Shown: positions 50,550 through 62,928 of the stretch, piece after piece
How positions within the stretch are numbered: the first letter of the stretch is position 1
How the letters are laid out: the number at the start of each line of letters is the position of its first letter
Origin: Rhizodiscina lignyota
Lineage: Eukaryota
Length of the DNA: 64,000 nucleotides
Direction: 5' to 3'
Assembly: GCA_010015805.1 (NCBI GenBank)
Contig: ML978125.1
Coordinates: forward strand, 806,001 to 870,000
The notes under the pieces: generated by a model
Told to the model about the DNA's origin: nothing
Databases searched by the model: none
What the model saw: the letters and a program-made list of their open reading frames with translations, nothing else
Translations under genes and position numbers: made by a program

Positions 50550-51160
50550 GTTTGACAAAGGGTGGTGGTTGTAGTTGATTTGGAGGAGTGGAGTGAAGAG
50601 GAGAGAAGAGGTTCGCGGAAGTGTAGCTGCAGCGCAGCTTTATCTCGCGATCCTCCGCAGTGTTGGTCTCCGAATGATCATCGCGCGAGAGCTTGCGTAT
50701 GCGCTCTAGCGCGGTGTTAGGTTTGGAGGTGTTCGGCAGGTGTACAGCGTGAAGCGGAGAATGCGTCAAACGATACTTGATTGGCAGATGAAAATGGCGT
50801 GAGCGGAGGAGGTAGGTGGACGGTGAGAGCCTGATGACGACTGTGTGTTTCGGAATTTGCTGGAGATTCGTGAAGGTCGCGTGGATGTGGGTTATGAACA
50901 TTTAAATCGAGAAAGCAGCGCCGGTCACAGCGCAACCTATTGTCGGAAGTGAGAATAGTTACGGAAGATTTACGGAATAACTCCGGCAGCGCTAGCAAGG
51001 GACAGCCTTAGGATGTGGAGCCGCAAAGCTTGGCATTCGAGGCTGCAGCACCTAGTTCTGCCGAAGGCGGTGAGCTCGGGTTTTTCGTCTTCGCATACGA
51101 TACTCCACGCGCAGTATAATGTAAATAACGACGCTTCAACGGAGCGACATTGCAGTTCAA

Positions 51161-53713
51161 ATGCCGCCGTCGCAACTCAAGAGGTTAAAAGCCTCGCTAC
51201 GTGAACAAGGCATCACGGGCCCGCAGAAATCGAAAAAGAATAAAAAACGCAACAGCGCCCCCGATGCCGAGCAGCGCATACGCCGAGATACAGCTCTTGC
51301 TAGCATTCGAGAAAGCTTCAATCCTTTCGAGGTCAAGCAGCCTACGAGACCGAGCAAATTCGGTGTGACATCGAACAAGACGCTTGCGGACAGCAAATCG
51401 AGCACGATATATGGCAGGCCAGGCGTCACGAAGAGTTTTGGGGAGGAACAGAGGCGAAAAACTTTGTTGCCCGAGCTCCATCGACGCAACAAAGTTGGAG
51501 GGATATTGGATCGAAGAATTGGTGAGAATGACCCGTCTATGACTCCGGACGAGCGGATGCTGCAGCGTTTCACTAGGGAGAAACAGAGAAAGAAGGGCAA
51601 TGTCTTTGATTTAGAAGACGATGCAGTGGAAGACGAACTCACACACATGGGGAGGTCCTTGGGACTCGATTCAAGCGGCATAGGGGCAGATGATTTTGAT
51701 GAGGAGATATCTGGAGACTCTGATGAAGATGAGCCCAGTGAGGGTGGTTCACCTAGTCGAAAGCGCACTTTTCAGGAATTGGAAGAGTATGACAAGGACG
51801 AGGAAGTTCCAGAGCGCAAGAAGACAAAGGCAGAGGTCATGAAGGAAGTCGTCGCCAAGTCCAAGCTTTATAAGTACGAGCGGCAGCAGGCCAAGGAAGA
51901 CGATGAGGATTTGAGGGAAGAGCTTGACAAAGGCATGCCGGATCTCATGTCTGTTCTCCTTGGGAAACGGATCCAAAGCAAACCACCACCTCCATCTGCA
52001 GAAACCAGGGATCCTATAGCAATCAATCCCGAACGACTGGCCATCATAAATGGTGCAGATAGAGCGACTGTCGAGAAGGACTACGATTCAAGATTAAGGC
52101 AGATGGCACTCGATAAACGATCGCAGCCGACGGAACGAACGAAGACAGAGGAAGAGAAAGCGGCGGAAGAGGCGACACGGCTACAAGAGCTGGAAGGAAA
52201 TCGCGTTCGTCGCATGAGAGGCGAGTCTATGAGTGACGAAGATGATGAGGATGCCGCTCCAGCGCACTCCGCTGCGATTGAGTTCGTGGAGGAGCCTGAT
52301 GACGCTGCTGTATTCGGCTTTACAACGACATCGAACAAAGAAGAGCCGCTTGGTGTAGAGGATGAAGATGATTTTATTATTGACGAAGAGCTGGTCGCAA
52401 GCGACTCTGACGCTGATTCCGTTGCCACATTTGGCGATGATGAGTCCGCAAGTGATGCATCAGAGCCTCAGGAGGTCAATGGAGAAAGAGAATTCGAAGA
52501 GGAGGAAGACGAGCTGATATCTGGATTGCTGAGCAAAACAGACCGGGAGTTATTTGGCAGAGACCATAAGAAGGCAGTAAGTGGAGAGGGAGAATCGAAG
52601 GAGCTCGCCTTCACCTATCCATGCCCACAGTCGCACGATGCGCTTCTTGAAGTCTTCCAAGGAGTTCCGATTATCGAAATCCCCATTGTCATCCAACGCA
52701 TCAGAGCGCTGTACCATCCACAAGTCAACGCTGGTAATAAGCAGAAACTGTGCGATTTCTCAACTGCCTTGGTGGCACATCTTGTCCATATGGGGTCCAA
52801 AGGGTCGCAGGCACCACTCAGTGTCACAGAAACAGTTGTACGACACATCCATTCGCTCTCGCGGACTTTCCCGGACGCCATCGCAAACGCGTTCCGGGAA
52901 CATCTTCGCGCTCTGCATACTAGGGCACAGATGACGCCAGGATACTTAGTCGTGCTTACGGCTATTGGGACCATTTATCCCACGTCCGATCATTTCCACC
53001 AAGTTGTCACGCCAGCCATCACCATAATAGCACGCTGGCTCGGCCTAACGATACCAAACAAACCAGAGCAATTTATCATGGGAGCGTATCTCGGTGCATT
53101 GTGTATCAAGTACCAGCAACTCTCGAAACGATACATTCCAGAGCTAGTGCGGTTCTCTATTCTGGCTTTGAGGTCATCATCCTGCCCCGATGATGTCAAA
53201 GCCTCTCACATCTCCAATCTTAGCGCCGCTGTAGACCTCTGGTCGACCAAATCAGCATTCACGGAAATCTTTTCCCCTGATGTCCTCGAGACTCTCACGG
53301 AACTCAACCACCCAGCCGTTCCTACGGTCCTCAACCGCCTCCGTATTCTCCTCTCTCAGTCCAAGCACACTCGCCGGCCCCTTGAGCTTCATCACTGGCG
53401 GCCACTTGCCATCAAATCCGCGGTGCCTAGATTTGAGGAGTCTTTCAACCCAGATAGACACTATGATCCAAACCGCGAGCGGGCAGAGGCGAGCAAACTA
53501 CGTGCCGAGTACAAGCGCGAGAAGAAGGGCGCCCTCAGGGAGTTAAGGAAGGACGCCAACTTCTTGGCAAGACAGCAACTGAAGGAGAAGAAGGAGAGGG
53601 ATAGCGCATATGAGGAGAAGTTCAGGAAGCTGGTGGCGGAGATTCAGGGTGAGGAAGGGAGAGAGAAGAATGAGTATGAGAAGGTTAAACGAGCGAGGAA
53701 GAGAGAGAGATAA
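51161..53713 (+). CDS. NOP14: Nucleolar protein Nop14 (40S biogenesis)
   Basis: MPPSQLKRLK, NPFE, KVGGILDRRIGE, LTHMG, KTKAEVMKEVVAKSK, ELAFTYPCP, TSDHFHQVVTP, KREKKGALRELRKD. Confidence 0.95.
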   Translation: MPPSQLKRLKASLREQGITGPQKSKKNKKRNSAPDAEQRIRRDTALASIRESFNPFEVKQPTRPSKFGVTSNKTLADSKSSTIYGRPGVTKSFGEEQRRKTLLPELHRRNKVGGILDRRIGENDPSMTPDERMLQRFTREKQRKKGNVFDLEDDAVEDELTHMGRSLGLDSSGIGADDFDEEISGDSDEDEPSEGGSPSRKRTFQELEEYDKDEEVPERKKTKAEVMKEVVAKSKLYKYERQQAKEDDEDLREELDKGMPDLMSVLLGKRIQSKPPPPSAETRDPIAINPERLAIINGADRATVEKDYDSRLRQMALDKRSQPTERTKTEEEKAAEEATRLQELEGNRVRRMRGESMSDEDDEDAAPAHSAAIEFVEEPDDAAVFGFTTTSNKEEPLGVEDEDDFIIDEELVASDSDADSVATFGDDESASDASEPQEVNGEREFEEEEDELISGLLSKTDRELFGRDHKKAVSGEGESKELAFTYPCPQSHDALLEVFQGVPIIEIPIVIQRIRALYHPQVNAGNKQKLCDFSTALVAHLVHMGSKGSQAPLSVTETVVRHIHSLSRTFPDAIANAFREHLRALHTRAQMTPGYLVVLTAIGTIYPTSDHFHQVVTPAITIIARWLGLTIPNKPEQFIMGAYLGALCIKYQQLSKRYIPELVRFSILALRSSSCPDDVKASHISNLSAAVDLWSTKSAFTEIFSPDVLETLTELNHPAVPTVLNRLRILLSQSKHTRRPLELHHWRPLAIKSAVPRFEESFNPDRHYDPNRERAEASKLRAEYKREKKGALRELRKDANFLARQQLKEKKERDSAYEEKFRKLVAEIQGEEGREKNEYEKVKRARKRER

Positions 53714-53858
53714 AGGTGCTAGAGTAACTTGTAGACGTAAGTGGCAATATATATGCACATTCTCTCAAGTATAAAGCGCTTTTGGCCATAACTGGCTGTG
53801 GTGACTACCCTAAATACTCATACAAATTTAGTACATCAATGACATTTCTTTAGCTAAA

Positions 53859-55221
53859 TCATATATCTGCCACACCAATCTTCTGTACTATAATTCCCGT
53901 ACTTGCTCCTCCACCGTTGCATATAGCTGCACAACCAAACTCTCCATCCTTCAGCTGATGCAACAGCGTCGTCAATATCCTGCTTCCTGAGCTGCCTAAC
54001 GCGTGACCTAGGGCTATTGCTCCTCCTCTCACGTTCACGTTATCTTCGCCCAGTCCAAGTATCTGGGCATTTGCCTTGATGACAGCTGCAAAGGCCTCGT
54101 TGAACTCCCAGATTGCGATGTCTTCCTTCTTCAGTCCGGCTTGTTCAAGCACCAATGGTACGACCTTCGCAGGCGCAACGGGAAAGTCAATCGGATCGAT
54201 CGCAGCGTCTGCATAGCTTACTATCCGCGCAAGTACTCTCGAACTGCCTCCATACTCCTTTGCTAGGTCTTTCGACCCGAGAACAAGCGCGCTTGCACCA
54301 TCGCTCAACGGACTGCTATTCGCAGCCGTGACGCTGCCCTTCTCTGACCTATCAAAGACCGGCTTGAGCGTCGGCACCTTCTCCAGCTGGATCTTCTTCG
54401 GCTGCTCATCCTCCTTCACCATAACCTCCCCCTTCTTCCCCTTCACCGTCACTGGCACCACCTCCTCCGCAAACGCGCCGCTCGCCCACGCCTCTTGCGC
54501 GCGCTTGTACGACATGATCGCATAGTCATCCTGGCTCTTCCGCGAGATGTTGTACTTCCTCACCGTATTCTCGGCACAATTTCCCATATGGATCTGATTG
54601 TACACATCCCACAGCCCGTCGGCAATCAGCCCGTCCTTCAACTCGATATTCCCAAACGGCGGGAGCTGACTGCTCCGCGACAGATAGTACGGCACACGCG
54701 TCATGTTTTCCATACCACCCGCAATCAGCGCGTCCGCTTGGCCAAGCTGGATGCTCTGCGCTGCTAGTGTGACGGCCTTGAGCCCCGACGAGCACACTTT
54801 GTTGATCGTAGTGGCTTCGATGGTGTTGGGGAGGCCGGCAAAGATGGCGGCTTGTCGCGCGGGGGCTTGTTCCACGCCGCCTTGGAGTACTTGGCCCATG
54901 TAGACATGTGAAATGGAGGATATGGGGACGCCGGATTTCGAGAGGGCGGATTTTATGGCTGTGGCGCCGAGTTGGGGCGCGGGGACGGAGGTGAATGCGC
55001 CATTGAACTAGGAGCGGCGTTAGAAAGGCTGAGAGATGTATAACATGGGAACATACCACTCCAACCGGTGTCCGAGAGGCGCTGAGGATGTAAGCATCTT
55101 GAATCTCTTTGCTCTTCGCCGCCGTTGTCGCAAAGCTTCTTGACCTTTGCGCCGACAAAAGCCGAGGTTGTGATGTTCGAGGCAAGGAACGCGCTGCTGA
55201 ACGGAGAGTCTGTGAGGCCAT
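53859..55221 (-). CDS. ERG10: Acetyl-CoA acetyltransferase (thiolase) with mitochondrial presequence
   Basis: Arg/Ser-rich presequence; [42 protein letters not shown]; one intron. Confidence 0.9.
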
Positions 55222-55403
55222 TATGAGGTCGTATACAAATAGGATACAAAAGACGGAAGGAGGAAATGACAGACGAGATCTGAAGAGTTGTCAATCCAGG
55301 AGAAGAAACTAATCACATGGAGCTCCAAAGGTCTGGTGCAGAAAGTGACGCTACGGAGATGGCGCTCCCCGCGAATAGCCGCGGAAACGGTTCCGCCCGA
55401 GCC

Positions 55404-55444
55404 TAGGCACAGGAGAGAAGATTAGGCACAGGAGAGAAGATTAG
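55404..55444. repeat. Perfect 19-bp tandem duplication TAGGCACAGGAGAGAAGAT
   Basis: Two exact copies at 55404-55422 and 55423-55441, between USO1 and the thiolase gene. Confidence 0.9.
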
Positions 55445-55571
55445 ACACCGGAATCAACTCGGAATACATCTTGGGTGAATTAATGGTGAGATGCTCTCCA
55501 TTCCAAATGGCGCTTTTGACCAATCCGCTGAACCGCTTGAACGTATATGTACAGTTGTCATTGAATCAGAC

Positions 55572-58500
55572 TCAATCTACATCATCCTCTGCTTCTTCAC
55601 CTTCTCCCTCTTCCTCGTCCTCTCCCTCCTCTTCGCCATCTCCATCTGCATCTTCCATGTCCGATGTTTCCTCCCCAAGCTCCTTTAGTCGTTTCTGTAG
55701 GCTTCAATCAGGAAATGATCTCTTAAAGTGTCAAATGAGTGACGCTCACCTTGTCTTTCGTTCTCTTGTCCTCCAAATCAGCGAGGACCATCAACAAGTC
55801 ATCCTTTTCAGTCTCCGCCGCCTCCTTCTCTTCTTCCAAAGTCTTGATCTTCCCTTCGACCTCCTTCAGTTTCCCATCCTTCTCTTTCGCCACCTTCTGC
55901 GCCTCTTCCATCTTCTTTTGAAAGCCGCCAATCTCCGTTCGGATCTTCTCGGTTGCGCTCTTTGTGCGTTGCGCCATATCCAACAGTCCCGTGATCTTCT
56001 CATCCCGCTCCCTGACTTTAGCTTCTAGGCTCGCAACCTGCTGCTGTGCAGTCGCGAGCTCGGCTTTGGTGATGTCGAACTGGCCACGCAGATCGGCGAC
56101 CGTGCGGGACATGGCCTCGGCGCTGTGTTGTGCGGAGCTGTACTTCTCCTCTGCTTCGGACCTTGCCTTCTTCATAGATTCTAGTTCACGGGTATGCTGA
56201 TCCCTAGACTTAGCCATGTCCTCGGAAGCTTGTCGCTGTACTTGTTGGAGCTGTGCCTGGAGGGCTTGGTATTGTTGCCGAAACTGGCTCTCCATACCGG
56301 CAAGTTCTGACTTGTGAGCCTCTTCTATTTCCTGAGTATTGGACTCATGATTCTTCTGCAAAGCTTCGTTGATCTGCTTGATGCGAGCGATTTCTGTTGC
56401 CGAGGTCTCTTGAGCTCTACGGTGATCAGTCTCTTCCTGATTGAGCTTGCGCTCCATGGATATCATCTCAGTCTCGGCCTTTTGCAGTGCTTGTGTCTTG
56501 TCTTCAATTTGTGATCGTAGAGAGTCGACGAGATCCCTATCGATGCCATCTTGAGATAGATTGACTTCAAGTCCAGGATCTCTATCAATGGCCCGACTCA
56601 GACGACTGAAATTATCCTTGAAGAAGTCTACAAATGTAGAATCAAAGGTAACTTCTGGCTGTGCTCCTGGGTCTCCGCCTAGAGATCCCTGGGTGAGCAC
56701 TTCGAAATCCCGGACAAGCGGATGTCGACGCAGTTGCGCAAGTGCATCAAGATAGCGCTCTCTCCCCAGCGAGGACATTAAGATGGGTTGTAGCTTCCGA
56801 CGAGGTATAGGTGAGTCCTTCGTAGAGAACTCGTAAACTATACCCACGAGTACTGCACAGATACCGCGAGTGATCACCAGCTCTGCGTTCGTCTTCGAGG
56901 CGGTTTGCATTAGAACTTGTAGGCTGCTACCCTCTCCAAGGAAATCATTGACAGCGTCAGGGCTTTCAAAAAGCCACCCGCATAATAGCATAAGATAACC
57001 TGTGGTGATCCGTTCGTCGTCCCCTCTTTGAATGCCAGCAACAAGGTTGCCGGAAATTGCTTGGATGCAAGTCACGACCTCTTCCCCGCTCTCGGCGTCG
57101 CCCTCCACGAGCTTCATAGCCAGAGCTTTGGCTTCTTGATCCTCCGATATCAAGTAGAGTACAATTACGGCGGCGAACCAGTATCTATACGCATCGGTTG
57201 AAGGTGAGTTAAGTTGACCTCTAATTAGTATCGTTAAGACATTCGCCGTTTCGTCCTCGCCAGCAGCTTTATGGCCATCTATAGCTCGATTCAGGAAGTG
57301 GACTTTTATCTGTTGGTGGTTGTGGCAGTACGCTTTTACGCATTCACAAGCAGCGAATCGGGCCTCAAATGCTGAGGGAGAGGATTCTGAAAGTGTGAGG
57401 TCGAGTAGAGCATCGATGACATATGTTTTTGGCGCGCCATTGGCCAACGGCTGACCATTCGCCTGCTTTGGTTGCGACTGTGATGACAGTGGTACGACTT
57501 GGAGCTGAGCGAAGCCCTCCTGTAGCCGCGCATTACCTCTAATCATATCCGCACATGTGTAAAGCGCTTCCGCTCGAATCGGAAGAGCAGTAGTGCTGGT
57601 GAACGCTAGGTTCAGAATGAGTTGTATGAGGCCGTGTTTCTGGAACGCAGTCTGATTCAACTGTGTGCTCGGACTCCCCTTAGCGAGGAAGAGTCGTAGG
57701 ATTGCCAAAAGACCCCAAAGATTCTTGTCCTTCTGCGGGTTAGTCCAGTCATCGTCCTCGGTACTTTGTCTAGTCTGGCCTCCGGGGAGTAATTGTGACA
57801 AACGAACAACACACCCAGTCTCCCGGAAGAGCGATTGGTTCGAGTTGTTGTACCGCACGAGATTCGCAAGGAGTGAAAGACAGTCCTGAACAACTATACC
57901 ACCTTGACTTAGTGATCCTTCTAGCTCAATGAGCTTGAATATGCGTTCGAATGCATTCTCGAATGCGACGAGCTTCTGGAGCTCAGTGGAGGTTTGCGTG
58001 AGGTCGATGAGTAGGAGAAGGCCAGCTGTCAACAATCTTAGTTAGCAGATTGGATATTCAACGCTATTTCAGTTTGCGTACCATTTCGAATAGCATCTCG
58101 ACGGTCATCTAGAGTCGCCACTAATCGGGTTGTACCCAGTGGGGCCGAAAGGATACATTCTTGTGTACGCTGGGGTCGCAAAGAAGTGATAGCGGCAATC
58201 AATTGCAGCGAGTATAGTCGAAGATAGAACTCCTGTGCTTCGAGAAGGTCCAAAAGAATGGTTATATTATCTTGCCGCTATCATAAGCTCAGTACTGGCC
58301 CAGAGGTCAAAGGGCATCAGCCTACTTGTGTGAACTCATCTGCTAGCCACAATGCTATGTCCTCCGAAGCTTCAGGCTGTTCCACAAGTCAACCTCTGAT
58401 ACGCATTTGATCCTACGACACATACACTTCGCTCGTCTGGGTTGAAGAGCATAAGTAGCGTCTCCAAGACCACCTTGATGGTATCGACATCGTCAGCATC

Positions 58501-58695
58501 TTTGTTGAGGCTGCTGATCAGATCGCGTAGGGAGCCTGAGGCGACAGAGGCAGGATACTCCTTCGCGAAACTCCGCAGGCCCAAAATAGCGGCTCGTCGG
58601 TCTTCCAAGAGAGTAGCACTGCTCAAGCGACTGCTCAGAGTGCTTATGGTGTCCGTTGCCGTTTGTTTTGCGGGAGTCTCAAGCCTCTTCAACAT
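55572..58695 (-). CDS. USO1: Vesicle tethering factor Uso1/p115
   Basis: ATLLEDRRAAILGL, QKLVAFENAFERIF, QDCLSLLANL, NQSLFRETG; long coiled coil; DDLLMVLADLE; acidic tail; 4 introns. Confidence 0.95.
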
Positions 58696-59155
58696 TTCGA
58701 AGGCAGGCTAAAGGGCAGATTTTTCACCGCCGGATGTAGTCAGGTACATTCATGGAGACGGTGATCTGGATTTGCTGATCGCTCGATCAAACTGGTGCGG
58801 TAGAAGCCATTCTTCATTACTCCGTAAAGTGTCCAAAACAACACGGCAGCTTTGGCCAGCTCGGAGGTTCGCACGCGCCAAGCCTCAGCCTTACGATGCG
58901 GGCTTGGCGCGCCTGCCGCATCCGCTCGATAATTCAAAGGCCGCAACTGCTCCTCTCAGCTTCTTCACTCACCAACACGCCAACGCAAAAGGGAGACGAC
59001 CGCTGCTGCAGCTCCCTCGAGTCAACAAGCGCGACGCGCAATCCACACTCCACTCCATCGAATTCTATCGTGCACAACGACTTTCCAGAGGCGAAAACAC
59101 ACGCGACAACTCTTTACCCTGCGACTGGTCGCGATCTCACTACAACTCGCCCATC

Positions 59156-62100
59156 ATGGGTGTTCCAGCCCTCTTCCGATGGCTGTCACAAAAGTACCCG
59201 AAAATCATTACTGCCGTGGTTGAGGAAGACCCGCGAGAGATTGATGGCACCACAATTCCAGTAGATTGCAGAGGTGCTAATCCAAATGGATGGGAAAATG
59301 ACAATCTCTACTTGGACATGAACGGCATCGTCCATCCATGCTCCCATCCTGAGGATAAGCCAGCGCCAGAAACCGAAGCGGAGATGATGCTGGAGATCTT
59401 CGCATACACTGAACGGGTGGTGAATATGGTCCGCCCACGCAGGCTTCTCATGATCGCTGTCGGTATGTTGTAGAAGATTCACAACGCGGTTCTACCCCAC
59501 GAGACGATTGCAGTATCGATTTTACTACAAATCAAGTCGCTCAGGGGGTATGACTGTTCCTTTTCTTGCGCGGAGTATTTGCAGTTTATGTTGTGTTCAT
59601 GCTAACTCTTATGAAGATGGTGTTGCACCTAGGGCGAAGATGAATCAACAACGAGCACGACGATTCAAGTCCGCACAAGAAGCGAAGGAGAAAGACGAAC
59701 AGAAGGCCGAGTTTCTCACTATGCTCAAGTCCCAGAACAAGGACGGACCAATAAGTGAGGAGGCCGAAGCAAACATGTCGAAGAAGACTTGGGATAGTAA
59801 CTCAATCACACCCGGAACCCCATTCATGCACCTTCTTGCTGCATCATTGCGATATTGGATCGCGTGGAAGCTGAACAAAGACCCCGCATGGGCAAACTTG
59901 AAGGTCATCATCTCTGATGCAACCGTTCCCGGAGAGGGAGAACATAAGATCATGGAGTTCATTCGTTCCCAACGAAGGTCGCCTGATCATGATCCAAACA
60001 CCAACCACGTCATCTACGGTCTTGATGCCGATCTCATCATGTTGGGTCTCGCGACGCACGAACCTCACTTCCGTGTACTCAGAGAGGACGTTTTCTTCCA
60101 GGAGAGCAAGAATCGAACTTGCCATATCTGTGGCCAGACTGGTCATATTGCAGCCAACTGCCGCGGTGAGGCAAAGCAAAAGTCTGGTGAATTCGACGAA
60201 AAGGGCGTAGGAGCGACAAAGAAGCCATTCATTTGGCTTCACGTTTCCATCCTGCGTGAATATCTCGAAGCCGAGCTTACTGTGCCCGGCCAAGGATTTG
60301 ATTTTGACCTTGAACGTGCATTAGACGACTGGGTCTTCATGTGTTTCTTTGTCGGAAACGATTTTCTGCCCCATCTACCAAGTCTTGACATCCGTGAGAA
60401 TGGCATCGACACGTTGATCGCTATCTGGCGTGATAACATACCGGCTATGGGTGGATATGTGACATTGGACGGCCACGTTGAACTGGAAAGAGCACAGTAC
60501 ATCCTGGAAGGCCTGGCAAAACAGGAAGCTGCCATCTTCAAGCGGCGGAAGGAAGCTGACGATAGAAAAGCAGCGGCAGACAAGAGGCGAGAGAAGGAGC
60601 GACAGCAGCGTCGCGGTCCACGCTGGTCACAGGGAGAATCTCGGGGTGAGAATGGATCATACGATAACGGCAATGGCAACTCTTACGGTGATGCCGCGTC
60701 CTCAACACCTCTCACTCATGACATGGTGGTCAACCGGAAAGCAGCTGTTGCACAGGCAAACGTAGCGAACAAGAGTGCTGCAGCAGTTCTCAAGGAGCGA
60801 ATGCGCGCACAGAATGGATCCACAGACGCTCTAGGCTCAAATGGTACGAATGACGATTCCTCATCTTCTCCGTCTGCCCTCGGCAAACGCAAGGCAGATG
60901 CATTGGATGAATCTGACAATGGCACACCTGGACGGAACACGCCCAACAACGAGCCCACCGCAAAAGGTGAAAACAATGAGCCTCCGGAAGATACAGTTAA
61001 ACTATGGGAGGACGGTTACGAGGAGAGGTACTATGAGCAGAAGTTCAAGGTCGATCCACACGATATCGCATTCCGCAACAAGGTGGCACGGGACTACGTT
61101 GAAGGCCTGGCCTGGGTCTTGCTGTACTACTTCCAGGGCTGTCCGTCTTGGACATGGTACTACCCTCATCACTATGCCCCCTTTGCCGCAGATTTTGTGG
61201 ATCTCAAGGATATGACGATCAAGTTCGAAAAGGGCAAGCCCTTCAAACCCTATGAGCAGCTCATGGGCGTTCTACCGGCTGCTTCAAATCATGCTATACC
61301 AGAGGTCTTCAGACCTCTAATGTCTGATGAGGATAGTGATATCCTTGACTTCTATCCTGAAGACTTCGTTGTTGATCTCAACGGCAAGAAGTTCTCCTGG
61401 CAAGGTGTCGTACTACTTCCTTTCATTGACGAGAAACGCCTATTGGCAGCAATGGCGACCAAATACCCCCTTCTCACTCCCGATGAAGTGGCCCGTAACG
61501 AACGAGGCCGTGAAGTCCTCATGTTCTCTGGCAAGCACAAACTCTATGCAAAGGTTGAGGATACCTTTTACTCAAAGCGACAGGGCGATCCGAAGTACCA
61601 GCTTGACGCTCAAACGAGTGACTACCTCGCGGGGAAGATTGAAAAGGATGAGGATTACCTCCCTCACGGTCCTCTAACCTCTCCTCTTGGTGATCAAGGT
61701 TTGGAGCATGTATACGAGGACCATTCTATGAGGTTGGTGGCTTAGATTCTTCACATCATTTACTTTCTGGCCAATGCTGACATTTCAATTTAGTGTGTTC
61801 TACGAGATACCTCCCTCGACGAACATTCACAAATCCATGCTCTTGCGTGGTGTCAAGCTCCCGACTCCTGTCCTTGATGGTGAAGACATCAATGGCACTA
61901 AGCAACGTGCATCGCGAAGTGGACGATCTTTCGGCGGCGTGCCATTCCGCGGAGGAAATCGCAATGGTAACGGATATGGCAGAGGCGGTTCGATCAACTA
62001 CGGCAATCCCTTCGCTCAGCATCTCAATCCGAATTTCGATCCTAGCGTCATGTCTCGGGCTCCTCCACCACCGCATATGGCGGCTGCGAGTGGATGGGTT

Positions 62101-62493
62101 CCTCCACCCCCACCAACGATGCAGGCAAGTGGCACCTACTGGAACGGTGCCGGTTACACGGCTTCAGGAGGAGGCCAAGGCTGGGGATACCGAGGACCTC
62201 CGCCGCAGGCTCAGCAGAACAACGGACAAGGCTCTGGTCAAGGTTACGGCCAAGGTTCCGGACAGGAGAGCTACGCTGGTGGTAGGGAACAAGGAGATTA
62301 CGGTGGTGGCAGGGACTCGTATGCTGGGGGTGACAGCTACCGTGGAGGTGATTCGTATCGCGGCGGTGGCAGAGGAGGAAGAGGTCAAGGCTACAACAAT
62401 GGCTATGACAACAGGAACGGAGGCTACGGCGGAGGCTACAATAGAGGCAATGGTAGAGGCAATGGAGGTTATGGTGGAGGCCGACGCTACTAA
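59156..62493 (+). CDS. RAT1: Nuclear 5'-3' exoribonuclease Rat1/Xrn2
   Basis: [60 protein letters not shown] knuckle [29 protein letters not shown]; Gly/Arg-rich tail. Confidence 0.97.
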
Positions 62494-62928
62494 AATGGCT
62501 GGCCTCTAAATTCCATTGCAATGCCTTCTGGATGATGATTGCGGGCCCCGAGACATAGGGCCTACTTACTATGCTGCAGAGAGTGGACCATCTGTTCCCC
62601 TCTTCCGCAGCGCTTGGTCAACATGTACGATACCTAAGGAAAAAAACTAAAAAAGGCAGAAAAAAAATCAAAAACCTTGTACGAGTAAAAACCATTTTTC
62701 ATCTTTATGCTTCCGTGAAACAAGTGCTCCTGATATTGTGGCAATTCTCGCCGCTTGCTCACATAGTATGAGTGACTGTGTTACGTCTGAGTCAACCCGC
62801 CGCACCGCAAATATAACAATTTCACGACTCACGCACCCCACCCCCAAAATTCCACAACGCAACTCAATCTACTGATCGCACACTTACATGGGCGTCTGTG
62901 AGCTTGCGAAGCTCCTCCAAAGCTCAAA

